Positions 14,066-27,100 of a stretch of 64,000 nucleotides of DNA are shown in pieces. The translations under genes were made by a program, and so were the position numbers. Within the stretch, counting starts at the first letter, position 1. Each line of letters starts with the position of its first letter. The stretch is from Mobula hypostoma (lineage: Eukaryota), in contig NC_086113.1 of the NCBI RefSeq assembly GCF_963921235.1, forward strand, positions 70,804,001-70,868,000, written 5' to 3'. The notes under the pieces are model-generated. The model was not told the DNA's origin. It saw only the letters and a list, made by a program, of their open reading frames with translations, and searched no databases.

Positions 14066-14767
14066 ATGGTGAAAAGAGGCTCCAATATGGATTGAGTGGG
14101 CAAATGCATGGCAGATATTGTTAGGTTATCTATTTTGTTTCTAAATATAGATTCTGAATGGTAATAGATTGGGAAAGGGGCAGGTACACTGAGACCCGCT
14201 TGAACTTCTACACTACTTACAGTGTCAAATACAACAAGCATTTGGGAAGGTAAATGATTCATTTTTAAAACAGTTGTTTCTGATGAAGTATCACACCTCA
14301 GATCTGTCTTAGTGGAAAATGGCAAACCTGCCACAAATGTGTTTTATCAAAAATATCAGTCTTATTCAAATATAAACATTGAACAATTGTTTCTTCCCTT
14401 CAAAATCTGTGGTGAACACGGTCATAGTTTGATCTGCAAGAGATAAACATTCACGCCACACCATACTAAGCTGCTTATTAAAGTTAGCACATCATATTAT
14501 TAGCCAAGAATATTCCTTGTTAGTTCCAGAAAGAATTAATAAAAAGAATAAAGGATCGTAAAATGTCAATTTCGCGGCAATATCAATATTGTTGTGTAAC
14601 AGAGACTGTTTTAAACGGATATTACACCACATCAGTAACCAAAACACAGAACAAAAGACAAATACAAAACTGAAACATGTTGTACAAAATATATTATTTT
14701 GTAAAATATCTTAATGCAGCACAATTTGATTTCATCAGTATGACAATCTTAATAAATTATGATTGAG

Positions 14768-16335
14768 ATAGAAACATAGAAACATAGAAAATAGGTGCAG
14801 GAGTAGGCCATTCGGCCCTTCGAGCCTGCACCGCCATTTATTATGATCATGGCTGATCATCCAACTCAGAACCCCGCCCCAGCCTTCCCTCCATACCCCC
14901 TGATCCCCGTAGCCACAAGGGCCATATCTAACTCCCTCTTAAATATAGCCAATGAACTGGCCTCAACAGTTTCCTGTGGTAGAGAATTCCACAGATTCAC
15001 CACTCTCTGTGTGAAGAAGTTTTTCCTAATCTCGGTCCTAAAAGGCTTCCCTTCTATCCTCAAACTGTGACCCCTCGTTCTGGACTTCCCCAACATCGGG
15101 AACAATCTTCCTGCATCTAGCCTGTCCAACCCCTTTAGGATCTTATACGTTTCAATCAGATCCCCCCTCAATCTTCTAAATTCCAACGAGTACAAGCCCA
15201 ATTCATCCAGTCTTTCTTCATATGAAAGTCCTGCCATCCCAGGAATCAATCTGGTGAACCTTCTTTGTACTCCCTCTATGGCAAAGATGTCTTTCCTCAG
15301 ATTAGGGGACCAAAACTGCACACAATACTCCAGGTGTGGTCTCACCAAGGCCTTGTACAACTGCAGTAGTACGTCCCTGCTCCTGTACTTGAATCCTCTC
15401 GCTATAAATGCCAGCATACCATTCGCCTTTTTCACCGCCTGCTGTACCTGCATGCCCACTTTCAATGACTGGTGTATAATGACACCCAGGTCTCGTTGCA
15501 CCTCCCCTTTTCCTAATCGGCCACCATTCAGATAATAATCTGTTTTCCTATTTTTGCCACCAAAGTGGATAACTTCACATTTATCCACATTAAATTGCAT
15601 CTGCCATGAATTTGCCCACTCACCCAACCTATCCAAGTCACCCTGCATCCTCTTAGCATCCTCCTCACTGCTAACACTGCCGCCCAGCTTCGTGTCATCC
15701 GCAAACTTGGAGATGCTGCTTTTAATTCCCTCATCCAAGTCATTAATATATATTGTAAACAACTGGGGTCCCAGCACTGAGCCTTGCGGTACCCCACTAG
15801 TCACCGCCTGCCATTCTGAAAAGGTCCCGTTTATTCCCACTCTTTGCTTCCTGTCTGCCAACCAATTCTCCACCTACATCAATACCTTACCCCCAATACC
15901 GTGTGCTTTAAGTTAGCACACTAATCTCCTGTGTGGGACCTTGTCAAAAGCCTTTTGAAAATCCAAATATACCACATCCACTGGTCTCCCCTATCCACTC
16001 TACTAGTTACATCCTCAAAAAATTCTATGAGATTCGTCAGACATGATTTTCCTTTCACAAATCCATGCTGACTTTGTCCGATCATTTCACCGCTTTCCAA
16101 ATGTGCTGTTATCACATCTTTGATAACTGACTCCAGCAGTTTCCCCACCACCGACGTTAGGCTAACCGGTCTATAATTCCCCGGTTTCTCTCTCCCTCCT
16201 TTTTTAAAAAGCGGGGTTACATTAGCCACCCTCCAATCCTCAGGAACTAGTCCAGAATCTAACGAGTTTTGAAAAATTATCACTAATGCATCCACTATTT
16301 CTTGAGCTACTTCCTTAAGCACTCTGGGATGCAGA
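14768..16335 (-). mobile_element. Young 5'-truncated CR1 LINE
   Basis: ORFs 14866..15873 and 15921..16388 separated by one frameshift; (atagaaac)n tail. Confidence 0.95.
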
Positions 16336-17109
16336 TTTGCATAGATATTTACATTGCCAGGATGTGCATAGAACTTGAAATATTTCATATTTAAACTTTA
16401 TATTTCACTTGTTGTGCTTTTGAACGAGTAAGTGAATCTGCTTTCATCTACCTTTCAGTCGATGCAATCTCGTTCACAATAATTAAGTAATTAATTATCC
16501 TCTTATTTATGTGTCTATTCCCAAATATTAAATCTCCAGGTTTCATCGTCAATGTATGGAGGGAACACTAATGGTCCCAAAATGAATCCTCTGGGATACC
16601 ACCAAACAGCATTGTAAAAGTACACCTCATCATATTTCAACATCTCTATTATAGCTTATACTCGTACTATGACGATAACGTAGATAGGAATGTAAACTTA
16701 AATTTATAGCTAAATGCCATTATGTTTTGTGATTCATTAATTAAATGTATGTCACAATGCATAATGATCAAAACACATTCTCTTGAACGTCTCCCATTCC
16801 ATTTCCTGAGAACACACTGGCAATATTTAAACCAATAGAAAACATGATCAACACTTAAACTTTCCAAATAGATAGTCAAAATAAAACCTACATAAACATG
16901 ACCGACACAGAAATATAAAACAGTGGAAATATTCAGCAGGTCAGGCACTGCCTGTAAAGAGAATAAAAGGATCAGTTCCAGAACATTCTAAAAGGTTATG
17001 AAAATGCATCTACCTGAGCAGCAGCTCTGCTTCTCTCCCGTAGATACTGCCTGACCCCTGCTATACACTTCCACTATTTTACTGTTTTGTTTTAAAGTGC
17101 TTTGGCACT

Positions 17110-18185
17110 TAAAAGATTAAAGATTAGCTTTATTTGCCACATGTACTTAAAAACATAGTAAACGTAGTGAGAGTTCTGCTGGCGGCCGCCCACAAGTGCC
17201 AGCGTGCTGCCAGCCCCCCACAGGTGCCAGCGTGCTGCCAGCCCCCCACAGGTGCCAGCGTGCTGCCGGCCCCCCCACAGGTGCCAGCGTGCTGCCAGCC
17301 CCCCACAGGTGCCAGCATGCTGCCGGCCCCCCCACAGGTGCCAGCGTGCTGGCGGCCGCCCACAAGTGCCAGCGTGCTGCCGGCCCCCCACAGGTGCCAG
17401 CATGCTGCCGGCCCCCCCACAGGTGCCAGCATGTTGCCGGCCGCCCACAAGTGCCAGCGTGCTGCCGGCCCCCCACAGGTGCCAGCGTGCTGCCGGCCCC
17501 CCCACAGGTGCCAGCGTGCTGCCGGCCCCCCACAGGTGCCAGCGTGCTGCCGGCCCCCCCACAGGTGCCAGCATGTTGCCGGCCGCCCACAAGTGCCAGC
17601 GTGCTGCCAGCCCCCCACAGGTGCCAGCGTGCTGCCGGCCCCCCCACAGGTGCCAGCGTGCTGCCAGCCCCCCACAAGTGCCAGTGTGCTGCCAGCCCCC
17701 CACAGGTGCCAGCGTGCTGGCGGCCGCCCACAAGTGCCAGCGTGCTGCCGGCCCCCCACAGGTGCCAGCGTGCTGCCAGCCCCCCACAAGTGCCAGTGTG
17801 CTGCCAGCCCCCCACAGGTGCCAGCGTGCTGCCAGCCCCCCACAGGTGCCAGCGTGCTGGCGGCCGCCCACAAGTGCCAGCGTGCTGCCAGCCCCCCATA
17901 GGTGCCAGCGTGCTGCCAGCCCCCCACAGGTGCCAGTGTGCTGCCAGCCCCCCACAGGTGCCAGCGTGCTGCCGGCCCCCCACAGGTGCCAGCGTGCTGG
18001 CGGCCACCCATAAGTGCCAGCGTGCTGGCGGCCCCAACGTAGCATGGCCACAACTTACTAACCCTCACCATACGTCTTAGGAATGTGGACAGAAAGTGGA
18101 GCACCCAGAGGAGAACGTGCTAGGAATCGAATCGAACCCCATCACTATTCACTGTCGCTGTAAATCCGAGGCCATAACTACTTAC
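17110..18185 (-). mobile_element. tRNA-derived SINE hosting a minisatellite
   Basis: Tail aagattaaagattagctttatttg; core ggaatgtgg..agaaa..ggagcaccc.gagga; B-box-like tcgaaccc at about 18132-18140. Confidence 0.6.
17175..18034. repeat. GC-rich minisatellite, about 30 x 28-29 bp (gtgccagcgtgctgccagccccccacag)
   Basis: Directly visible tandem array with a few variant unit types. Confidence 0.98.
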
Positions 18186-18828
18186 TAAATTTTACATTTC
18201 CAGCATCTGTATTTTTAAGCTTTTTAAAGGACTTCGGTTGCTGGAAAGCTAAAATGAAAACTGTTGAAGCACTCAGCAGGTTGATAAACTAAAAGGAAGT
18301 GTTAATGATTCAGGTCGATGATCCTGGTGGCCCCGTTTAGTGATTCCACCAACACTGATTCTTACTTCAGTTTCCACTCTTAGCTTATTCTCAATGCTAT
18401 TTTGACAGTTTTATAACTCCAGAGACAAGATTACTATGTGGAGCACAATTTGGTGTGAACTTCACTCCTGTATATTGCAAGCTACATGTAATGATCAGAC
18501 ACTAGACTACAAGCTTGTTCATGTGCATGAAAAAGTGCCCATTTTAGCAAACCAGAGAGAAACGTGTCACCAAATCATTGCACGTTACCAACAGTTTACA
18601 AATAAAAAGCAAAACCAAGGCTTCATCATGTAAGCATCACACATAATACTTCTGATTTTAAAAAGGCTTTGAAGCCACACAGATCATTTGAGACCTCTAT
18701 TGATAACAAACTGATTCCAATGTTAACTCTAACATGAGGAATTCTGCAGATGCTGGAAATTCAAGACAACACACATCAAAGTTGCTGGTGAACGCAGCAG
18801 GCCAGGCGGCATCTCTAGGAAGAGGTGC

Positions 18829-18864
18829 AGTCGACATTTCGGGCCGAGACCCTTCGTCAGGACT
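18829..18864 (-). ncRNA. Minimal type I hammerhead ribozyme motif (Penelope pLTR)
   Basis: AGTC-CTGACGA-agggtctcggccc-GAAAt-GTC-GACT. Confidence 0.75.
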
Positions 18865-21412
18865 AACTGAAGGAAGAGTGAGTAAGGGATTTGAAAGTGG
18901 GAGGGGGAGGGGGAGATCCAAAATGATAGGAGAAGACAGGAGGGGGAGGGATAGAGCCAAGAGCTGGACAGGTGATTGGCAAAAGGGGATATGAGAGGAT
19001 CATGGGACAGGAGGTCCGGGAAGAAGGAAAAGGGGGAGGGGGGAAAAACCCAGAGGATGGGCAAGGGGTATAGTCAGAGGGACAGAGGGAGAAAAAGGAG
19101 AGAGAGAGAGAGAAAGAATGTGTGTATAAAAATAAATAACAGACGGGGTACGAGGGGGAGGTGGGGCATTCGCGGAAGTTAGAGAAGTCAATGTTCATGC
19201 CATCAGGTTGAAGGCTTTCCAACCTTACTCCTTCCGAATTGTTCCCATTCCAACCTCACTCCTTCCGAACGCTCTGCTCTCCACTCCCCCTGCACTAATC
19301 CTAACCTTACTATTAATCTCGTCAATAAGCGGGGTGCTGTTGTAGTCTGGCGTACTGACCTCCACCTTGCCGAGGCACAGCGACAACTCGTGGATACCTC
19401 CTCTTATTTACCCCTCGATCATGACCCCACTAAGGAGCACCAGGCCATTGTCTCCCACCATCACCGACTTCATCCGCTCAGGGGATCTCCCATCCACTGC
19501 TACCAACCTTATAGTTCCCACACCCCGCACTTCTCGTTTCTACCTCCTACCCAAGATCCACAAACCTACCTGTCCTGGTAGACCTATTGTCTCAGCTTGC
19601 TCCTGCCCTACCGAACTCGTTTCTGCATACCTCGACACGGTTTTATCACCCCTTGTTCAATCCCTTCCGACCTATGTTCGTGACACTTCTCACGCTCTTA
19701 AACTTTTCAATGATTTTAAGTACCCTGGCCCCCACCACTTTATTTTCACCATGGATGTCCAGTCCCTATATACTTCCATCCCCCACCAGGAAGGTCTCAA
19801 AGCTCTCCACTTCTTTTTGGATTCCAGACCTAATCAGTTCCCCTCTACCACCACTCTGCTCCGTCTAGCAGAATTAGTCCTTACTCTTAATAATTTCTCC
19901 TTTGGCTCCTCCCACTTCCTCCAAACTAAAGGTGTAGCTATGGGCACCCGTATGGGTCCTAGCTATGCCTGCCTTTTTGTTGGGTTTGTGGAACAATCTA
20001 TGTTCCAAACCTATTCTGGTATCTGTCCTGCAATTTTCCTTCGCTACATCGATGACTGCATTGGCGCTGCTTCCTGCACGCATGCAGAACTCGTTGACTT
20101 TATTAACTTTGCCTCCAACTTTCACCCAGCCCTCAAGTTTACCTGGTCCATTTCCGACACCTCCCTCCCCTTTCTAGATCTTTCTGTCTCTATTTCTGGA
20201 GACAGCTTATCTACTGATGTCTACTATAAGCCTACTGACTCTCACAGCTATCTGGACTATTCCTCTTCTCACCCTGTCTCTTGCAAAAATGCCATCATCT
20301 TCCCGCAATTCCTCCGTCTCCGCCGCATCTGCTCTCAGGATGAGGCTTTTCATTCCAGGACCAGGGAGATGTCCTCTTTTTTTAAAGAAAGGGGCTTCCC
20401 TTCCTCCACCATCAACTCTGCTCTCAAACGCATCTCCCCAATTTCACGCACATCTGCTCTCACTCCATCTTCCCGTCACCCCACTAGGAATAGGGTTCCC
20501 CTGGTCCTCACCTACCACCCCACCTGCCTCCGGGTCCAACATATTATTCTCCGTAACTTCCGCCACCTCCAACGGGATCCCACCACTAAGCACATCTTTC
20601 CCTCCCCGCCTCTCTCTGCATTCCGCAGGGATCGCTCCGTATGCGACTCCCTTGTCCATTCGTCCCCCCCCCATCCCTCCCCACTGATCTCCCTCTTGAC
20701 ACTTATCCTTGTAAGCGGAACAAGTGCTACACATGCCCTTACACTTCCTCCCTTACCACCATTCAGGGCCCCAAACAGTCCTTCCAGGTGAGGCAACACT
20801 TCACCTGTGAGTCGGCTGGGGTGATATACTGCGTCCGGTGCTCCCGATGTGGCCTTCTATATATCGGCGAGACCCGATGCAGACTGGGAGACCGCTTTGC
20901 TGAACACCTACAGTCTGGCCGCCAGAGAAAGCAGGATCTCCCAGTGGCCACACATTATAATTCCACATCCCATTCCCATTCTCATATGTCTATCCATGGC
21001 CTCCTCTACTGTAAAGATGAAGCCACACTCAGGCTGGAGGAACAGTACCTTATATTCCATCTGGGTAGCCTCCAACCTGATGGCATGAACATTGACTTCT
21101 CTAACTTCCGCTAATGCCCCATCTCCCCTTCGTACCCCATCCGTTATTTATATACACACATTCTTTCTCTCTCTCTCTCCTTTTTCTCCCTCTGTCCCTC
21201 TGACTATACCCCTTGCCCATCCTCTGGGTTTTTCCCCCCTCCCCATTTTCCTTCTCCCTAGGCCTCCTGTCCCATGATCCTCTCGTATCCCCTTTTGCCA
21301 ATCACCTGTCCAGCTCTCGGATCTATCCCTCCCCCTCCTGTCTTCTCCTATCATTTTGCATCTCCCCCTCCCCCTCACACTTTCAAATCTCTTACTCACT
21401 CTTCCTTCAGTT

Positions 21413-21448
21413 AGTCCTGACGAAGGGTTTTGGCCTGAAACGTTGACT
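21413..21448 (+). ncRNA. Minimal type I hammerhead ribozyme motif (Penelope pLTR)
   Basis: AGTC-CTGACGA-agggttttggcct-GAAAc-GTT-GACT. Confidence 0.7.
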
Positions 21449-21738
21449 GTACCTCTTCCTAGAGATGCTGCCTGGCCTGCTGCGTTCACCAGCAACTTTG
21501 ATGTGTGTTGTCTCCAATGTTAACTCTGCTTATTCTCCAATGCAATGTATTTAGTTCAAGGTGGTCGAGCATTAGCACAGCATATTTATTGGAGACCAAC
21601 TTTAAATTTTGACAAAGGGTTTTATTTGTACTAAAAATAATTAAGGTTTTGCTCGTGTACAATTTCCTACAAAGATTAATTTATTTAGAATTGCGTATTT
21701 TTCATGAAGTTACACGACTAAAATGAGTTCCTGTACTA

Positions 21739-23993
21739 CAGGGGTCGCCAACCGGTCGATCTTTGAGACTTTCCCAGTAGTTCCCGAAGAAAAATCAAAA
21801 ATAAATACACAAATACTGTTGTAATGTGAGCATTATAAAAGTAAGTAATACTAATTAGGATAATGGTAATATAGCAATATTTTCACTGAAAAGCTGTTTG
21901 TAAAGAGAGATTGTTTCCGGGTTGCGGGGGTTTAGTTCTGTTCGTTCTGCCCTGTGCGCATGTGCGTAGCTTCCCCGCCATGCACCGTGTTTTCAGCGTA
22001 GCCTGTGCTGCATCAAAGTGACCAATTAAATTAGATAAGAGTACAGACTGTCGCAAACATCAATATACGGCAGTAGTCCCCAACCTCCGGGCCGTGAAGC
22101 ATGCAGGGGTACAGCGGTAGTCAGGATGCACACAGTACATCTTTATGAAAAAAAGCCAAAATAAACAAGTTAATTAATTAGGTGCCGCCCGGCACGTAAA
22201 TGTCGGCTCAGATCAGAGACAACACAATCGGCAATCGCTTGTGATATCCTGATAGCGTAGTGGAGGCTCCACGAAAGAAGGCGAAAACGTACAAATTCCA
22301 TCCAGAATGGGAAGAGGAATTTCTATTTGCCTTGGTGAAAGAGAAGTGTGTATGTTTGTTGTGCCACCAAACACAAGCACTGACTAAAAGAGGGAATCTG
22401 GAGCAGCTCCACAACACCAACCACCAGGAATTTAAAGACACCTACCCCCCAAAGAGCACAATTCGTGCCTGGCAAGTTGAGGAATTGAAATCAGGATTGA
22501 AGGCCCAGCAATCGTTTTCCACAAAACATGCTGCTCAAAATAAGGTTGCTATGGAAGCATCATTTCGTGTAAGTCACCTTTTGGCTAAACACAAGAAGCC
22601 TTTTACAGATGGTGATTTATTCAAGGAAGCAATGGTCATTACCGCAGAGACTGTTTTTAATGACTTTGAAAACAAAAACGGCATCACAACCGCAATACGT
22701 AATATACTGCTTGGCCCTGCAACAGTGACAAGGAGAGTAGAGTCACCGTCAGAGGACGTGAATATTTTTCACTACAGTTCGATGAATCCCTGGATGTAAT
22801 GCAAACAGCTCAGCTTGCTGTATCTGTCAGAATGGCTTTCCAGGATTTTACAACAAAGGAGGACTTCCTCACTCTTTTGCAATTAAAGGAAAGAACGAGA
22901 GGTGAGGATATTTACAATGAGTTTAAAAAAATATGCCCATGAAAATGACAACCCCATTCATAAACTGGTGGCAATTACTACTGATGGGACCGAGCAATGC
23001 GCGGTGTGCGCGTTGGTTTTATACCACTAAACGTCAGTGCCTACTTCGGGTCAACTTATCTATGTGAAATTGCATTTTCACAGATGAAAATTATTAAATC
23101 TAAGTACAGGTGCTGACTTACTGACAGCCACCTCCTTAGAGTTGCCAACTTTCTCACTCCCAAATAAAGGACAAAAGTAGCAGTCAAATCCTGGGATACT
23201 GTATTTGTGTTTACCCCGAGAAAGACTACCAAGAACATGAAGCTTTGTGCGGGCACCTGTGTGTGCATGCGCATACGTGCCGATCTCTTTACCCAACTTT
23301 TGGCTTAATTTTCATTATTTCTGCTTTATATAGGCTGTGTATTTATCATATCATTCCTGCTTTTACTATATGTTAGTGTTATTTTAGGTTTTATGTGTTA
23401 TTTGGTATGATTTGGTAGGTTTTTTTTTTGGGTCTGGGAACGCTCAAAATTTTTTTCCATATAAATTAATGGTAATTGCTTCTTCGGCGTAAAGCATTTC
23501 GGCATGAAAGGTTTCATAGGAACGTTCTACCTTAGCGGGGGGAATACGGGACAGTTGGCAACCCTACACCTCACAGACTGTCTCAGACTGGCTGTCTGTA
23601 GTTATGAGCCAAATTTCAGGGAACTAGCAGAAAGTATTCAGCCCCAGTCATCACACTGAGTGCAACAGTCAATTTTTATTCATTTATTTTTCATGTTGAA
23701 ATAAAATTAAATAATGAACCTTAGAATTAAATGTGTGAAGTTTTGTAACATTCTTAAAGAAAGACAGCTATGGCCTGTTTGATATGCTAGTTACAGTGCT
23801 TTCTTGTTTGAATTAATTTGAAAGTTTGACAAAAGTATTTTGTGTAATTCAAATACAATTCGCCCAAATAAAAGGCCTCAAATTGGCAATACGATCTGAG
23901 CTGTTTTTTCTCTAAATGATTTAGTAGGTAGATCTTGCCTTTCACTGAGGTTGAGGTAGGGGATCTTGGGCTTAAAAAGGTTGGTGACCACTA
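21739..23993 (+). mobile_element. hAT (Buster/Charlie/SPIN-like) DNA transposon, internally deleted
   Basis: TIRs CAGGGGTCGCCAACC / GGTTGGTGACCACTA; 8-bp TSD ctgTActa/atgTActa; ORF 22260..22799 (FHPEWEEEFLF..CVCLLC, KKPFTDG); C-terminal remnant FGSTYLCE..FS.MK. Confidence 0.92.
23137..23566. mobile_element. Non-autonomous hAT (Blackjack-like) MITE nested in the Buster element
   Basis: TIRs TAGAGTTGCCAAC / GTTGGCAACCCTA; TSD cacctcct/cacctcac; interrupts LTDSHL|TDCLRL. Confidence 0.8.
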
Positions 23994-24043
23994 ATGTACT
24001 AAAGGCACTTTCATTGCACTATATCCCTATCTCTGTGATGGCT

Positions 24044-24188
24044 CTATTTGAACAACGAGGGTTGATCTAACAACAGTTTGCTCAATGCTTCTGTGTGCCG
24101 AGAGTCAAGATCTGACATGCCTTTCCTCTGGTGAGTAGAACTTGCGTTCAGCAGCTCTTTTAAGTAACTATTTGAGGATATAATAGCT
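24044..24188 (-). CDS. LRRC36: LRRC36-like terminal coding exon: AIISSNSYLKELLNASSTHQRKGMSDLDSRHTEALSKLLLDQPSLFK*
   Basis: ttttttag| acceptor, phase 2 start, resembles SLVxTNExLLQxL; TAG at 24044-24046. Confidence 0.82.
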
Positions 24189-27100
24189 CTAAAAAAAAGA
24201 TAACAAATAAATGAACAGAATAACAAAACAGAAATAGCACTGACACTAGAAACCTACAACTGTACTTCCAAATATAAAATTTACTTTCATCAGAGAAGTT
24301 GAAGCAGATCACAAAAGGGTAACAACAGTAGCTGCTATTTGATTTGCCATGTTCAGTGGTAACAGCAATCCGATGAATCTGAATCTCCCAGCCTTTATTC
24401 TATCTCTAATTCCTGATGATATCCCTGTCCCCTCTGCTTGAAAATGAGGGTACTGGGGTCTGATAACTCCTGTCAGACGCATAACATCGTACACTTCCAG
24501 CAGGTCCGGAGTCATCCAGTGCCACTGATCAATCTCTTCTAGATCCTTTCCAAAGCCCCAAAATTTTTCCTATTGTGGGGAGACCAAAGCTGTATGTAAT
24601 TCTCCGGCTTTGGCCTAACCAGAGTTTTATAAAGTTACAACTCATGACTTTTCAACTCAATGACTCTAGTAATAAATGGAAACATTCTATGAGACTTTGT
24701 AACCATCTTACCGACCTGTGTAGCCAAATTCAAGGAGCTATGAACAAGCACCCCAAGATCTCTCTGCTCAGCAACACTGTTCAGGATCTTGCCCTGAACA
24801 GGAGACTGTCTCCTTGCATTTGCCCTACCAAGGTACAACACCTCATATTTATCTGGGTTAAAATCCATCTGCCATTTCTCTGTCCATATTTGCAACTGAT
24901 CTATATTATGCTATATTCTTTGTTAGTCTTCTATACTATCCACAACTCCACCAACCTTGCTATCATCCACAAACTTACTAACCCACCAACTACAATTTCA
25001 CCCATGTCATTTACACACATCACAAACAGCAGAGGTCCCAACACAGATTCTGCAGAAATCAAAAATTACAGGCCTCCATTTCGAACGAGCCCCTTCAACC
25101 ACTACCTTCCATCTTCTATGCGTAAGCCAGTTGTGAATCCAAAGAGCCAATTTGCCACAGACCCCATCCATCTTAACCTTCTGGATTAGCATCCCAAGAG
25201 GGACTTAGTGCCTTACTAAAATCCATGTACACAACATCCACTCACATATCTTTCTCATCACTTTATCAAAAACATCAATTAAGTTGGTAAGATATCGCCT
25301 GCCCTGTGCAAATCCATGCTGGCTCAGCCCTAATTAAGCATGGGTTTCCAAATACTCATATATCCTTTCACTAAGAATATACTCCAGCAGATTCCTGACA
25401 ACTGACCTGAGACTCACCAGTCTATAGTTCCCAGGATTATCTCTTATTCCCTTCTTAAATAGAGGTACACGTAAGCCACTCATTAGTGCTCCAGACCGCC
25501 CCTGTAGAGAACAATCTCATCCCTTGCCTTCCTCAATAACCTGGCAAAAACCCATCAGGCCCTGGGGACATTTCCACTATTATACTCATTAGGAGGGTTA
25601 ACACTTCCTCTTCAGTGACTTCTAAACAGCCTATCATACTGATACACTCAGCACTGATCTCCTGGTCCTCCATATCCTTTTCTTTGGTAAATACTGAAGC
25701 AAAGTACTCATTAAGTCTTTCACTCACATTCTTTGCATCCAAGAAATGTTCCCCCCTTTATCCTTGAGCCTGCTAGTTTTTCCTCGAAGAAGACCACAAC
25801 CTCAGTTACCCTGAGAGCTACAGTACGTTGGCTGGGGTCAGAGCTTTATGCTTTGGCTTTTGGTAGGACTGTCCATGCCAGACAGGTCAAAAGGCAGAGT
25901 CCAGACTAAGAATGGTCTATTGGTCCTCCGGGGTGAGGAATTCCACTCAGATCTAACACCCTGACTGGTAAAACATAATTGTTACGGAAACAGCAATGCA
26001 GAATCCTCCGTCTGAGTCTCCACCAGGGACTTGCATGGCTGTCAGCAGGGAAAACCGAGAGGAAGCTCCTGATATGATGAAGGAAGCTGTGAGCACCCCA
26101 GAGATGAAGGACATTCATTGCTGCCCCAAATGCCAGCCATGTAATGGCAAATGAGAAGAGACTAGATTTCTGGGTTCTCCTTTAAGCTGGAATATTCTAT
26201 TTGCTTATTCTCCCTTTCCTGTCGTCTTTCCCTTTTTATCTCTACAGTTGTTTGTACTCAACCTGGCCTTGCAAATAGCTCTGGTGGGACTGCAGTGCTC
26301 TTGAAAGTAAATGCCTTGAGGAGAAAGGAGCCTCAAAATAAAACAGCACCTCGAATTAGTGATGCCTTCACATGGTTGATTTCCACTTCAGCTTTTTAAT
26401 GAGCAAATTATACAGTTTCAGAGAAATTTCTGATAAATTATGAAAGAACAGTTTAAAGTTATTTTCACAATACGACAGATAACAAAAATGTCAGCAGAAA
26501 TTATGAAATGCAGCAATTTGAATACTCTTTATGTACAGTATTTTAAGGAGCAAAGAGGTTAAGAAACAAATAAAGTAATATATATTGAAATTTCATCACA
26601 TTGCTTACTACTTTTGACACCCTAGATTCTGAATAAAATATTAGATATTAACATATCTCTCCTTATTTTCAAATAGATGCTTTTTCTGAAATACCTCAAT
26701 TGTTTTCTATGTTTTTATTACCTATGACTCTCTTGTAACATCGAGACAGTGTCCTGTAATTTAATGTAGTCTTCATATTGCTGATGCAAATATTCTGCTT
26801 CCAAATTGAGTCTGTCATTTTCTCTGTGCAGTTCCTCTGAGAGAGTAGCCAAACAGAAACTGTTTCATCGTTTTACAGGAATCATTGATCATTTTGGTTG
26901 ATATTTAGGTTAAATCTCTGTCAAGCAACATTGACCTTTGGTGGGTAAACATTAAAATAACAATTAGCGGCAGAGGTTTTGAAGTGGCACGGCTATTATA
27001 CATTTACATTTTTACCACAATAATTCATTCCAAAATCCTTAATTTTTTGAATTTTCCCAAAATATTTCTATTGTGTAGTAGGTGGTTAACAAAACCAAAT

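Larger units (their letters stand above)
18731..21512 (+). mobile_element. Penelope-like element with RT + GIY-YIG and inverted 5' pLTR, 15-bp TSD
   Basis: ORF 19367..20791 (FYLLPKIHK, GVAMGT, RYIDD) and ORF 20641..21114 (GIY-YIG); 18731-19222 is an inverted copy of the 3' end; TSD tccaatgttaactct at 18716-18730 and 21513-21527. Confidence 0.95.

Noticed and set aside
17196-17215. GTGCCAGC resembles a conserved SSU rRNA motif
   Set aside because: Only 8 nt match and there is no surrounding rRNA sequence
17175-18034. CTCF-like motif in the repeat unit
   Set aside because: It lacks the core GGC positions (reads GTGCCAG), so the match is too weak to call
17092-18104. Six overlapping 255-324 aa ORFs and a CRISPR-like periodic array
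   Set aside because: Artefacts of a stop-free tandem repeat; there are no unique spacers and no cas genes
24575-25189. 204-aa plus-strand ORF and similar antisense ORFs over LINEs
   Set aside because: Antisense shadows of CR1 or Penelope coding sequence
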